DNA of 64,000 nucleotides from a virus (IMGVR_UViG_3300020045_008999:128001-192000); one strand, 5' to 3'. Shown: positions 1 to 10,797, counted from the first letter of the stretch. The notes: generated from the letters alone by a model not told the origin. Numbers and translations are program-made.

Positions 1-501
1 AGAACAATCAAAATTACCACCCACCGAAGTAGGTGCGCCCTCTAAAGAAGGTAATTGATCATGTGTAATAAAATCACCACCAATATACTCAGGTGCACCC
101 ACTAAGCTAGTTAAATTATTCCCATTACAATTAAAATCACCACCCACCTTCGTCGGACCACCAATCAAATTAGTTAAATTGTTATATTTGCAATTAAAAT
201 TCCACCCAACTCTAATAGGTGCCCCAAATAATGAAGTAAGTAGATTATTGCCACAATAAAATTCACCACCAACTGTAGTAGGTGATCCCTTTAAACTAGT
301 TAATTCATTATTAACACAGTAAAAATCCCCGGCAACATTATTAAATATTAATGGTAATTTAGTTAAATTACGTCTGGTTAAATTCACACAACCAGCCACA
401 TCAATAGATCCATCTAGATTAATAGAATAGTTTTCAATAGTATATTGATGGCATATTGAATCAATTCGCTGTTTTTCGCTCTGGGTAATTACGTTTTTCA
501 A
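1..501 (-). CDS. LRR-like array paralog, partial (runs off window edge)
   Basis: Manual translation from TTG at 501: LKNVITQSEKQRIDSICHQYTIENYSINLDGSIDV...GDFYCVNNELTSLKGSP. Confidence 0.8.
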   Translation of the reverse strand, partial: MKNVITQSEKQRIDSICHQYTIENYSINLDGSIDVAGCVNLTRRNLTKLPLIFNNVAGDFYCVNNELTSLKGSPTTVGGEFYCGNNLLTSLFGAPIRVGWNFNCKYNNLTNLIGGPTKVGGDFNCNGNNLTSLVGAPEYIGGDFITHDQLPSLEGAPTSVGGNFDCS

Positions 502-661
502 GACACATGTATTAATATGGCGAATATATAAATTTTTATTCATACATTTACACTTTTCTTAATATAAATAATATAACATTTAACCCATCATATATCCATA
601 TTTATGATAAGCTGATTTTTTACCAATAGAATTAATTATATATAGTGGAAACTAAATTAAT

Positions 662-1213
662 ATGATGAACGAAAATAAAAAACCGAAGGACTTTATTAAA
701 ACTACAATAGTAAAATTTATGAATGAGCAAGCCGAACCATTGAGTAATCAAGATAATGTTGTTATGAAAGAATTGTTAGTACAAGCGTTGGACGATGCGT
801 TCGATACCTTGAAGAAATTGACCCCACAAACAAAAAAGAAAACAGAGAGTGTGGAAATCATGGATGTTAAACCAGTTGATTTCATTTCGTTTATGGAACA
901 AAACAACATACCGAGCGATGCGTATTTTGACGGTCGCGACAATGGCTATGATGGCTATGATGCTTTTCTGTTATCTTGGGATATAGATGTGCCAACAACC
1001 GCGAAAGATAAGTTAGATTTTAATATTAGGGTGTTTACAAGTGTTGCCTTCAAAAGGGTTTTTGCTTTGTTGTTAGCAAACGATTATAAAAGAGTTGGAT
1101 TCAGTAGCAGACTATTGAAACAATTTGATGATACATCGGTATATGATATGTACATCGCTAAGGATTATGATAGACTTGTAGAATACTACACATTGTCATT
1201 TATCAAAGAGTAA
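662..1213 (+). CDS. hypothetical protein, 183 aa
   Basis: Long ORF, TATATA motif upstream, N-terminal FIKTTIVKFMNE motif. Confidence 0.75.
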   Translation: MMNENKKPKDFIKTTIVKFMNEQAEPLSNQDNVVMKELLVQALDDAFDTLKKLTPQTKKKTESVEIMDVKPVDFISFMEQNNIPSDAYFDGRDNGYDGYDAFLLSWDIDVPTTAKDKLDFNIRVFTSVAFKRVFALLLANDYKRVGFSSRLLKQFDDTSVYDMYIAKDYDRLVEYYTLSFIKE

Positions 1214-1242
1214 AGTATATCAATATATCCATCACTGAGATC

Positions 1243-2034
1243 CTATTCCAACCCATCTTCAATTTCTGAAATTAAAAGATTTAAATTTTCTTCATTTAAC
1301 GTTAAATCTTCATTCCAAATTTCAAAATGTCGTTGATACTTTATTATAGTTTTGTAATGCTTATTATTTCTCGTAAAACTTTGAGGCAGTCTATTTAAAT
1401 CACAGTGAAATCCCCTACCTATTTCAATATCATCATCACCGGAATAAGTAGAAATTAACTCATTATCAGAACATGAATAAATACCCACCACTGTAATCGG
1501 GGTCCCCATCAATGTTTTTAATTTATTAATAGCACACCGAAACGACCCACCTATTGTTCTAGGCGAACCTACCAAAGTAGTTAATCCATTACACTGGCAG
1601 TTAAAATCACCACCAATTGTAGTAGGTGCTCCCACTAATGAGGTCAATTTATTATTGTTGCACACAAAATTACCACGCACTACAATCGCGGATCCACTCA
1701 ATGATGTTAATTGATTATGACCACACATGAGGTCACCACCTATAGTCACTGGAGATCCCTCTAATGAAGTCAATTTATTACTATTGAAATAACAATTTCC
1801 ACCCACGGTATGAGGTGAACCCTGTAATGAAATCAATTCATTTAATGAGCAATTAAAATCACCAGTCACATTTCCAAATTGTAATGGAAATTTTGATAAA
1901 TTATTATCATGTAAATTCACACTACCATCCACATCAATGGAACCATCTGGGTTAATGGTATAATTTTGGATTTTATATTTCACACAAATTAAATCGATAC
2001 GATCCTTTTCTTTTTTGGTAATTAAGTTCTTCAT
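1243..2034 (-). CDS. LRR-like array paralog, 263 aa, ~6 modules
   Basis: Family N-cap, 21-aa repeats and tail; start moved to MKNL at 2034. Confidence 0.85.
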   Translation of the reverse strand: MKNLITKKEKDRIDLICVKYKIQNYTINPDGSIDVDGSVNLHDNNLSKFPLQFGNVTGDFNCSLNELISLQGSPHTVGGNCYFNSNKLTSLEGSPVTIGGDLMCGHNQLTSLSGSAIVVRGNFVCNNNKLTSLVGAPTTIGGDFNCQCNGLTTLVGSPRTIGGSFRCAINKLKTLMGTPITVVGIYSCSDNELISTYSGDDDIEIGRGFHCDLNRLPQSFTRNNKHYKTIIKYQRHFEIWNEDLTLNEENLNLLISEIEDGLE

Positions 2035-2073
2035 GTATCTATATATAAATTCTGGTGGTGTTACAATAATCAT

Positions 2074-2081
2074 TATATTTG
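2074..2081 (+). promoter_or_regulatory. Bacteroidota-type -7 promoter box (TATATTTG)
   Basis: Matches TAnnTTTG, 40 bp upstream of the 2121 ORF. Confidence 0.55.
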
Positions 2082-2120
2082 TGCTAACATTTACAAATAT
2101 ATATTAAAATAGTTAGATTA

Positions 2121-2552
2121 ATGAAAATACAATCCACTATAATAGCACCGGAAATGTTATTAATACTTTCTATAATATTCGAAAGTGTCACCCAAAATCA
2201 AAATGGCGATACTACCCAGGTATATTTTAATGATAAGACCATTAGTGCCGAACTATTTAGTATTATATCAGTAAACAAATACCCTGATAGTACTTATGGT
2301 CTTTATTTTCATAATGGTAACACAGGGGACCATAGTCTTTATTTCATACTTAGTATTGGTATTGATCTTAGTATTGATGGAAATTCTACCTATGGTAATT
2401 TTTTAATGAGTCGTGATTGCAAATTATCATTTGACACATGTAAAATGTTCTATGATTTGAATATATCAATTTACTATTATATCGATAATTGTCGTATTTG
2501 TTATGATGAGGCAGCAATAAAACGTATTATTGCAATTAATACTATTCTATAG
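2121..2552 (+). CDS. hypothetical protein, 143 aa; paralog of the 37583-38036 pseudogene
   Basis: Shared motifs YFxDKTIS, TYGxFxM, LSxDxCKxxYDLN and tail KRIIAINTIL. Confidence 0.75.
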   Translation: MKIQSTIIAPEMLLILSIIFESVTQNQNGDTTQVYFNDKTISAELFSIISVNKYPDSTYGLYFHNGNTGDHSLYFILSIGIDLSIDGNSTYGNFLMSRDCKLSFDTCKMFYDLNISIYYYIDNCRICYDEAAIKRIIAINTIL

Positions 2553-2573
2553 TCCTAACAACATATGATTATC

Positions 2574-3362
2574 TTATTCCAGACCATCTTTAATTTCATC
2601 TAATAAAGTTTGGTAGTTTTCATCATTCAACGAAAGATTATCATCCCAAATTTCAAAATGTCTTTGGTACTTCAAAATTATTTTAATATTATCTATGTTG
2701 TCAATAAATAATTTGAATAATTGCCCATCACACCGTAATTTCCCACCCAATTCAATGTCAGTATTGCCGGAATAGGTAGTTATCATTTTATTTTTAAGAC
2801 AACTAAAATCACCACCAATCACCACCGGCGAACCCTCTAATGAGGACAATTTATTAGTATTACAATAAAAATCACCACCAATCTCACTAGGCGAACCCTC
2901 TAATGACGTCAATTTATTTAATGAGCAATTAAAATTACCACCAATCTCACTAGGGGAACCCTCTAATGAAGTTAATTCATTATAAGAACAACTAAAATCA
3001 CCACTAACTTTAATAGGTGAACCCTCTAATGAAGTTAATTCATTAATGTAACAATAATAATCTTTTGAAACAGTAACCGGTCCAGCCACTAGTGAAGTCA
3101 ATTTGTTATCGTTACAGTTAAATATACCACCAACCGTATGAGGGGATCCCTTTAATGTAATTAATTTATTTCCGTCACAATAAAAATCTCCACTCACTTT
3201 CACAAATTTTAAAGGCAATGCATTTAAAGATAGTCCTGTAAATACAACACTACCATCAACGTCGATGGAACCATCTGGGTTTATCGAATAGTTTTTGATT
3301 TTATATTCTTTACATATTAAATCGATCTGGTCCTTTTCCTCTTTACTAATTAAGTTCTTCAT
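2574..3362 (-). CDS. LRR-like array paralog, 262 aa, ~6 modules
   Basis: Family N-cap, 21-aa repeats, tail. Confidence 0.85.
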   Translation of the reverse strand: MKNLISKEEKDQIDLICKEYKIKNYSINPDGSIDVDGSVVFTGLSLNALPLKFVKVSGDFYCDGNKLITLKGSPHTVGGIFNCNDNKLTSLVAGPVTVSKDYYCYINELTSLEGSPIKVSGDFSCSYNELTSLEGSPSEIGGNFNCSLNKLTSLEGSPSEIGGDFYCNTNKLSSLEGSPVVIGGDFSCLKNKMITTYSGNTDIELGGKLRCDGQLFKLFIDNIDNIKIILKYQRHFEIWDDNLSLNDENYQTLLDEIKDGLE

Positions 3363-3372
3363 AAATTTATTT

Positions 3373-4035
3373 TTATTCTAGACCATCTTCTATTTCTAGT
3401 AACAAGTCATTAAAGTTTTCAACATTTAATGATAAGTCATCATTCCAGATACTAAAATAACGTTGGTACTTCAGAATCAGTTTAATATTAGCCAGGTTAT
3501 CAATAAACAATGGTGGTAGATTTCCAACCGATATTGAGCAGTGACCGCCGAGGTTAATGTCCTCATCACCACCATAGGTGCTTATTATATCATTAATAGA
3601 ACAGTTTAAATTGCCACCAATAATTTTAGGGGCACCCTCTAACGTAGATAGTTTATTACAACTACAGTAAAAAGTACCACTCACCGTTTCAGGACTACCG
3701 GTTAATGAGGTTAAAACATTATCGCTACAATCATATTGTCCAGCTTTTGATGGTCCACCTACCAGATTGTGTAATAGATTACCTCGACAGTCAAACGTTT
3801 TATAAACTTCGTTCGGTGATCCATACAGGGTGGTTAATTTATTATTGTGACAACTGAAATAACCACTAACTTTATCAAATCGCAATGGTAATTCAGTAAG
3901 ACCTTTATTGTAAAATGATACACTACCATCAACGTCGATGGAACCATTTGGATTAATTGAATAGTTCGCTATGCTATACTTTTCACATATTAAATCAATC
4001 CGGTCCTTTTCCTCTTTAGTAATTAAGTTTTTCAT
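3373..4035 (-). CDS. LRR-like array paralog, 220 aa, ~4 modules
   Basis: Family N-cap, 21-aa repeats, tail. Confidence 0.85.
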   Translation of the reverse strand: MKNLITKEEKDRIDLICEKYSIANYSINPNGSIDVDGSVSFYNKGLTELPLRFDKVSGYFSCHNNKLTTLYGSPNEVYKTFDCRGNLLHNLVGGPSKAGQYDCSDNVLTSLTGSPETVSGTFYCSCNKLSTLEGAPKIIGGNLNCSINDIISTYGGDEDINLGGHCSISVGNLPPLFIDNLANIKLILKYQRYFSIWNDDLSLNVENFNDLLLEIEDGLE

Positions 4036-4081
4036 GGTTTATATATTAAAATGTAGTCATGGATTGTCTATCGTAGTAGTA

Positions 4082-4834
4082 TTAAAAATGTGTTTTTTTC
4101 TTTATATTTAACGAAGTCGGATCAAATATCACATAATTACAATAGGTGTCGTAATATACCACACCATCAATACCAGATCGGGACAAAAGACCAGAAGTTT
4201 CTTTAGCAGATAACCCAATTGATAAATATAAATCTTCTCCTGAACGAATTGTCATGTCGTTTATCAGTAATTGTCCGTCGTCTTGTACAATTTTTCCAAA
4301 TCCTTCTAATTTAAATTGGGTCAATATTTTACCAATCTGTTCATTAGTGATTGGTGATTTCCATAAAATGAAATCACTTCCAAAAATTTCTACTTCATAT
4401 AGAACGCGGGCCCGGACCAATTTTAATAATGTCGCCGCCTTAATTAAATCATATTCATTATTAGTTATTTCATTTGAATCTAGTAACTGTTTCGAATAGG
4501 ATTTAATAATAATTAGCAAAATTTCTGGTTTGTTACCATGTGTTTTGACAGCATTTGTCATGAATTTATTAACACCATCCGATGCGCGAATGCCATCAAG
4601 TGTCACCGTTGATTTTCCCTCTAAGCTATCTGCCCATTGCTTTGCGCTTTTCTTAGATTCCGTTAGATAGATTCCGTATCCAAATCCATTATTCCCAATT
4701 CCACTACCGATGTAATCAGATGAGAAGCTATCAAAACTAATTCCGGTACCATGAAAGGCAATTGTGACATCCCCCGTTTCATGCGACACATTTAAATATT
4801 CAGTCAGTGTTGTAGTGATGAATTTCCCAGCCAT
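4082..4834 (-). CDS. ADP-ribosyltransferase-like protein (ART-PolyVal-like)
   Basis: FHGT..FDSF...GSGIGNNGFGYGIYLT near the N-terminus and GIDGVV..YVIFDP at the C-terminus. Confidence 0.65.
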   Translation of the reverse strand: MAGKFITTTLTEYLNVSHETGDVTIAFHGTGISFDSFSSDYIGSGIGNNGFGYGIYLTESKKSAKQWADSLEGKSTVTLDGIRASDGVNKFMTNAVKTHGNKPEILLIIIKSYSKQLLDSNEITNNEYDLIKAATLLKLVRARVLYEVEIFGSDFILWKSPITNEQIGKILTQFKLEGFGKIVQDDGQLLINDMTIRSGEDLYLSIGLSAKETSGLLSRSGIDGVVYYDTYCNYVIFDPTSLNIKKKTHF

Positions 4835-4860
4835 GATGATTACTATTTATATTTTGTGAT

Positions 4861-5598
4861 TTATTCCAGTCCATCTTTAATTTCATCTAATAAGATCTGG
4901 AAGTTTTCTTCATTAAATGTATGATCTTCATTCCAAACCATGAAATAACGTTGGTATTTCAATATTAATTCTTGATGCAGTTTTAGGTTGTTTGTATAAA
5001 GAAATGGCAAATTGGCTTTTTCGATATTAAAATCACCACCCAAATACATATCAGTTTCACCCATATAGCCGGATGTTAGCTTTGGACTTAGAAGACAAAT
5101 AAAATCCCTACCAACATAAGCGGGGACACCCATTAAGTCAACTAAATTAATACTACCAAACATAAAATCACCCCCAATAAATTCAGGAGCACCAATTAAT
5201 GAAGTTAACGAATTATTATCGTAACAATAATACCCAAAATCAACTTTTGTTGGACCATTCTCTAATGTAGTAATTGAGTTTCCAATGCATGAAAAAGCAC
5301 CCTTGATATATTTCGGTGCTCCAATCAGCGATGTTAGTTCATTATGTCCGCAGTTAAAATCCCCACCAACGCTATGTGGTGAACCGATCAACGATAATAA
5401 ATCATTGTATGAACAATCAAATGATCCACTCACCTTACCAAAATTAATCGGAAACTCAGACAGGCTATGGTCATATAATTTCACATTACCATTTACGTCA
5501 ATAGATCCATCAGAATTGATTGAATATTTTACGATGTCATGTTCTTTGCAAATTGAATCGATTATATCTTTTTCTTCTTTAGTAATTAAATTCTTCAT
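4861..5598 (-). CDS. LRR-like array paralog, 245 aa, ~5 modules
   Basis: Family N-cap, 21-aa repeats, tail. Confidence 0.85.
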   Translation of the reverse strand: MKNLITKEEKDIIDSICKEHDIVKYSINSDGSIDVNGNVKLYDHSLSEFPINFGKVSGSFDCSYNDLLSLIGSPHSVGGDFNCGHNELTSLIGAPKYIKGAFSCIGNSITTLENGPTKVDFGYYCYDNNSLTSLIGAPEFIGGDFMFGSINLVDLMGVPAYVGRDFICLLSPKLTSGYMGETDMYLGGDFNIEKANLPFLYTNNLKLHQELILKYQRYFMVWNEDHTFNEENFQILLDEIKDGLE

Positions 5599-5686
5599 GA
5601 GTATAATTTAGTTCCACCTATATATAAAAATCCCACCGCTCAAAGTGTGCGCACCCACGTTGTTAACGAAATGATTTATCGACAAT

Positions 5687-6415
5687 TTATCTCAAACCGT
5701 CTTCGATTTCACTAATCAGAACATTAAAATTTTCCTCATTAAATGAAAGATCTTCATTCCAAATTTCAAAGTGTCGTTGATATTTCAAAATCAGTTTAAT
5801 ATTATTCAACTTATCAATAAACAATGGTGGTAATTTATTTTTGCTTAAAAAACACCCATCCCCAATTTCAATATCGACATCAACAGAATATGTTGAAGAT
5901 ATAACATTGCCACTTGCGTTGTAAAACCTACCCACTGTTAGCGGACTTCCAACTAATGAAGTTATTTGATTAAAGTGGCAGTAGAAATCACCACCAACTG
6001 TAGTAGGTGCGCCCACTAATGAGGTCAATTTATTATTGTTGCACACAAAATTACCACGCACGACAATCGTGGATCCACTCAATGATGTTAATTGATTATG
6101 ACCACACATGAGGTCACCACCGATAGTCACTGGAGATCCCTCTAATGAAGTCAATTTATTACTATTGAAATAACAATTTCCACCCACGGTATGGGGTGAA
6201 CCCTGTAATGAAGTCAATTTATTTAATGAGCAATTGAAATTACCAGACACAATGTTGAATTTTACAGGAAATTTAGTTAATTTTTTATCAAATAAATTCA
6301 CACTACCATTCACATCGATAGATCCATCCGAATTAATTGAATAATTTTCAATACGATATTGTTTGCAAATGGAATCGATTCGATTCGATAATATATTACT
6401 GATTATATTTTTCAT
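5687..6415 (-). CDS. LRR-like array paralog, 242 aa, ~5 modules
   Basis: Family N-cap, 21-aa repeats, tail. Confidence 0.85.
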   Translation of the reverse strand: MKNIISNILSNRIDSICKQYRIENYSINSDGSIDVNGSVNLFDKKLTKFPVKFNIVSGNFNCSLNKLTSLQGSPHTVGGNCYFNSNKLTSLEGSPVTIGGDLMCGHNQLTSLSGSTIVVRGNFVCNNNKLTSLVGAPTTVGGDFYCHFNQITSLVGSPLTVGRFYNASGNVISSTYSVDVDIEIGDGCFLSKNKLPPLFIDKLNNIKLILKYQRHFEIWNEDLSFNEENFNVLISEIEDGLR

Positions 6416-6418
6416 ATA

Positions 6419-7093
6419 TTACCCTAACCCGTCTTTAATTTCGGTCATTAAGCCATTGTAGTTCTCAACATTCAAAGTTAAGTCATCATCCCAGATACCA
6501 AAATAACGTTGGTATTTCAGAATCAGATCACCAGCTTTGTGTTGATCCATATAATCCTGTAGAGATTGTGGTAATTTATTATGATTTAAATAGCAGCCTT
6601 CACCAACTTCAATATCGACATCCCCTGAATATGTAGACGTTATGGCATTTCTCGTTGCCCAAAAAGACCCACTCACGGTCTCGGGGATTCCAACTAATGA
6701 AGTTAATTTATTATAATCACATCCAAAATAGCCACCAACTGTACGTGGGGAACCCACTAAGGAAGTTAATACATTACACTGGCAGTTAAAATATTTACCG
6801 ATAGTAGTAGGTGCCCCTATCAAATTAGCCAATCGATTATACTGGCAGTTAAAAAACCCACCAATTAAAGTAGGCGATCCTTCCAATGAAGTTAATCCAT
6901 TGTGCTGGCAACTAAAATCACCGGAAACATTATTGAATATTAATGGTAAATTATTTATTTTTTTATTAGACAGGTCAATATTACCAACCACATCAATGGA
7001 ACCATCTGGGTTAATTGAATAATTTCTAATATTATATTGCCTACAGATGGAATCGATTCGTTCCTTTCCATTTTTAGTAATTATTTTTTCCAT
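6419..7093 (-). CDS. LRR-like array paralog, 224 aa, ~4 modules
   Basis: Family architecture; start moved to MEKII at 7093. Confidence 0.8.
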   Translation of the reverse strand: MEKIITKNGKERIDSICRQYNIRNYSINPDGSIDVVGNIDLSNKKINNLPLIFNNVSGDFSCQHNGLTSLEGSPTLIGGFFNCQYNRLANLIGAPTTIGKYFNCQCNVLTSLVGSPRTVGGYFGCDYNKLTSLVGIPETVSGSFWATRNAITSTYSGDVDIEVGEGCYLNHNKLPQSLQDYMDQHKAGDLILKYQRYFGIWDDDLTLNVENYNGLMTEIKDGLG

Positions 7094-7389
7094 GTAATAA
7101 TTATAATTATCTTCATAATTCACAAAAAACAATGAATGCAAATATAAGATATACTAGGTAGATATAATGCTTTTTATTTAAATATTTTTATTCATCTATT
7201 TTCATGTTCAGTAGATTGTCGGATTATGCAGTTGTTGATATAATATTACGGTAAATTGTTCCGATAATAAAAGTTTTAAAACTAACCAATTTTAAATCTA
7301 CAAACACCTGGTATCAAAATAATTAAATATGGACTTAGAATCAATGTGGGACTGTTATTTAATATGTCCTCGGTGTTGTTAACATCCAC

Positions 7390-8181
7390 TTATTCCAAAC
7401 CATCTTTAATTTCATCTAGAAGTATTTGGAAGTTTTCATCATTTAGTGTTAGATCATTATTCCAGATTTCGAAGTGTCGCTGGTATTTTAAAATCAAATT
7501 AATATGATCAATGTTACGCAAAAGTGATTCTGGTAAAATATTATGGGACATAGTAATTTCACCACCCACCTCGATGTCTATATTTCCAGAATATGTAGAA
7601 GATAATTGATTAAGTGAACAATACATATCGTGACCAATCGTAGTAGGCGAGCCCTCTAATGAAGTTAAATTATTTTCCTCACAATTAAAATCACCACCAA
7701 CTGTAACCGGTCCACCCACAAGTGAAGTCAAATTATTATCACTACATGAATAATAACCTCCAACCGTAGTAGGGGAACCCTTTAATGATGTTAAGTTATT
7801 ACGCGAACAATTCAAAACATGATTTAATATAACCGGCAAACCCACTAATGAAGTCAAATTATTACGCGAACAATAGAAATTACCACTAACTTTTTTTGGA
7901 CCATTTTCTAACGACGTTAATTTATTATTAGAACAATCAAAATTACCACCCACTGTACGCGGAAAACCCTCAAGTGAGGTTAATTCACATTCCTCGATTG
8001 CAAAGTCACCAGTGACAATATTAAATACGAGTGGTGATACAGTTATATTTTTATTATAAATTTCGACGTCACCATCCACATCAATAGAACCATCCGCGTT
8101 TATTAAATAGTTTTGAATGGTATATTTTTTACATATTAAATCGATTTGGTCCTTTTCTTCTTTACTAATTAAGTTCTTCAT
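7390..8181 (-). CDS. LRR-like array paralog, 263 aa, ~6 modules
   Basis: Family N-cap, 21-aa repeats, tail. Confidence 0.85.
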   Translation of the reverse strand: MKNLISKEEKDQIDLICKKYTIQNYLINADGSIDVDGDVEIYNKNITVSPLVFNIVTGDFAIEECELTSLEGFPRTVGGNFDCSNNKLTSLENGPKKVSGNFYCSRNNLTSLVGLPVILNHVLNCSRNNLTSLKGSPTTVGGYYSCSDNNLTSLVGGPVTVGGDFNCEENNLTSLEGSPTTIGHDMYCSLNQLSSTYSGNIDIEVGGEITMSHNILPESLLRNIDHINLILKYQRHFEIWNNDLTLNDENFQILLDEIKDGLE

Positions 8182-8193
8182 CTGGTTGTATTT

Positions 8194-8802
8194 TTATTTC
8201 AATCCATCTTCTATCTCTGAAATCAAGTCATTGAAGTTCTCAACATTTAAGGTTAAATCATCATTCCAGATGAAAAAATGCCGCTGATACTTCAATATCA
8301 TTTTAATGTGACTGATATTATTGATAAACAGCTCTGGTAAGTTGCTATAACTATCCATATTGACAATGCCGTCAATACCAATATCAGTTTCGCCCGAATA
8401 AGTTGACATTAGTAAAGCATTAAGACAAAATAACCCACCCGCAATATACTCAGGGGCACCCTCTAATGAAGTTATATTATTCGCATCACATATATAATGT
8501 CCCCCTACATACTTAGGCCCACCCACTAATGATACTAAATCATTTTCCTGACATGCAAAGTTACCACCCACTGTAATCGGGGACCCCTTTAAGGTAGTCA
8601 ATTTATTATTTTTACAATAAAAACTACCGGATACTTTGTTGAATACTAGTGGTAATTCATATAGATTGCTTTCCGATAAATTATTAACATTACCAATTAC
8701 ATCAATCGATCCATCTGGGTTAATAGAATATTCTTTGATAAGATATTTCATACAGATTGAATCGATACGGTCCTTTTCTTCTTTAGTAATTAAATTCTTC
8801 AT
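8194..8802 (-). CDS. LRR-like array paralog, 202 aa, ~3 modules
   Basis: Family N-cap, 21-aa repeats, tail. Confidence 0.85.
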   Translation of the reverse strand: MKNLITKEEKDRIDSICMKYLIKEYSINPDGSIDVIGNVNNLSESNLYELPLVFNKVSGSFYCKNNKLTTLKGSPITVGGNFACQENDLVSLVGGPKYVGGHYICDANNITSLEGAPEYIAGGLFCLNALLMSTYSGETDIGIDGIVNMDSYSNLPELFINNISHIKMILKYQRHFFIWNDDLTLNVENFNDLISEIEDGLK

Positions 8803-8891
8803 GTGTTATATATAAAAATCAGAGCACTTAAAACTATAACGGTTCAATATCACATATGGTATATTTATATATCCACAAACAACTATACGTA

Positions 8892-9495
8892 ATGAAGAAC
8901 CTAATTAGTAAAGAAGAAATGGACCAAATCGATTTAATATGTAAAGAATATGATATCGAATACTATTCTATAAATTTCGATGGATCTATTGATGTGGATG
9001 ATGATGTAGATTTACGGTACCGACACTTAGAGAAAATTCCACTAAAGTTTGGTACAGTGACCGGTTATTTTACATGTAGTGACAATAAAAATAACTTCAT
9101 TAGAGGGCGCGCCGTCTACTGTGGGTGGTAATTTCTATTGTGACGATAATCAATTAACTACGTTAGTGGGTGGACCAGTTACAGTGCGTGGGACCTTTAG
9201 TTGTAGTGATAATAAATTGACATCACTTGTAGGTGGGCCAGTTACAGTGGGTGAGAAATTTCATTGTTTTGCTAATAATCTTACCTCTACCTATTCAGGT
9301 GATACTGATATTGAGGTAAGCGGTGATGTTTATTTTACAGATGATAAATTTCCTGAAGCTTTTGCAAATAATTATGATCATATTAAAACAATTATGAAGT
9401 ATCAACGACATTTTGAAATCTGGAATGATGATTTATCATTAAATATTGCTAACTTTACAGAATTAATAGAAGAAATTAGTGATGGTCTTCAATAA
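8892..9495 (+). pseudogene. frameshifted LRR-like paralog (200 aa if repaired)
   Basis: Extra A in the A5 run at 9087-9091 splits it into ORFs 8856-9131 and 9079-9495. Confidence 0.75.
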
Positions 9496-9504
9496 ACATT
9501 ATGC

Positions 9505-10107
9505 ATGGCGAACTTAATAAATAAAGAAGAAAAAGATCGAATTGATTTCATATGCATGTATTATGGAATAGAAAACTATACAATCAAACCGGATGGATCT
9601 ATTGATGTGGATGGGGATGTGTATTTATCTGGTAGGCGGTTATTTTCATTACCACTTAAATTCAAAACTGTTTCAGGGTCTTTTAATTGTGCATCGAATG
9701 ATTTAACTTCATTAAAGGGATCACCTACTGAGGTGGGTGAGAATTTTAATTGTAGTAATAATGAATTGAGTTCATTAGAGGGTGGGCCAACTACAGTTGG
9801 TGGCTATTTTGCGACTTCTTACAATAAATTGACTTCATTGGTGGGATCCCCAATTACGGTTGGTGGTGACTTTGGGTGTTCTCAAAATCAATTAGTATCC
9901 ACTTATGCCGGTTCCGCTGATCTGGAAATTGGCGGGTGTGTTTACATCAGTGAGAATGTTCTACCTCTTCAATTTGCAAATTATCACGACCAAGTTAGAT
10001 TAATCTTAAAATACCAACGCCACTTTGAGATTTGGAATGATGATCTTTCAATGAATGTAGAAAACTTTCAAGTATTATTGTCCGAAATTACAGATGGGCT
10101 GTTATAA
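9505..10107 (+). CDS. LRR-like array paralog, 200 aa, ~3 modules
   Basis: Family N-cap, 21-aa repeats, tail. Confidence 0.85.
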   Translation: MANLINKEEKDRIDFICMYYGIENYTIKPDGSIDVDGDVYLSGRRLFSLPLKFKTVSGSFNCASNDLTSLKGSPTEVGENFNCSNNELSSLEGGPTTVGGYFATSYNKLTSLVGSPITVGGDFGCSQNQLVSTYAGSADLEIGGCVYISENVLPLQFANYHDQVRLILKYQRHFEIWNDDLSMNVENFQVLLSEITDGLL

Positions 10108-10124
10108 TTGTTAAATTTAATACT

Positions 10125-10132
10125 TATATTTG
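10125..10132 (+). promoter_or_regulatory. Bacteroidota-type -7 promoter box
   Basis: TATATTTG directly upstream of the 10150 ORF. Confidence 0.55.
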
Positions 10133-10149
10133 TATCCTAAAATTATACT

Positions 10150-10740
10150 ATGAATACACTGTTTATTAAAAGAATTGAAGATAACATTAAATGGCTGGAA
10201 AGTATAAAGATTGATATTGTCGGACATATTGCCCAACCTGGGTATGAAACAATCACGGAAACTATCAAGGTAAATCATATGACGTCATTGGATGCGATAA
10301 TAGGACACAATAAACTTCGTCTAATAAATGCCAATAGAAAAACGGTTGGTATTGCAGAAATAATGATGGATGAACTATTTAATGGCGGGATTCACATGAT
10401 GGGACATGATGGAAATGAATCTATTTTTAATATGTCAACCTCTCAAATCATGTCTTTCGAAAATCATATACGTGTAGCCATTAATATAATAGATAAATAT
10501 AATTTAATACAATGTATAAATCCATTTACACTTGATCACAAAACACAACTTCAAGACCATTTGATTTTAGCACATTGTCCTGCCGTAAATAATTTTAGTT
10601 TATATGATCATTATGAGTTATTTGAGCAGCCGCTCTCTAGTGTAATGACTACAATGCGTTATGTTTACAATATAGAACCACATTCACAAACGGAATATGA
10701 TGGGAAGATAAGACGTGGATTTCGAATAAAATGTGCTTAG
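10150..10740 (+). CDS. hypothetical protein, 196 aa
   Basis: Long ORF with upstream TAnnTTTG box. Confidence 0.7.
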   Translation: MNTLFIKRIEDNIKWLESIKIDIVGHIAQPGYETITETIKVNHMTSLDAIIGHNKLRLINANRKTVGIAEIMMDELFNGGIHMMGHDGNESIFNMSTSQIMSFENHIRVAINIIDKYNLIQCINPFTLDHKTQLQDHLILAHCPAVNNFSLYDHYELFEQPLSSVMTTMRYVYNIEPHSQTEYDGKIRRGFRIKCA

Positions 10741-10797
10741 GTTACTCGGACTTCAGAATATTTATATTATAACGAAACTAATTTGATACACTATATC

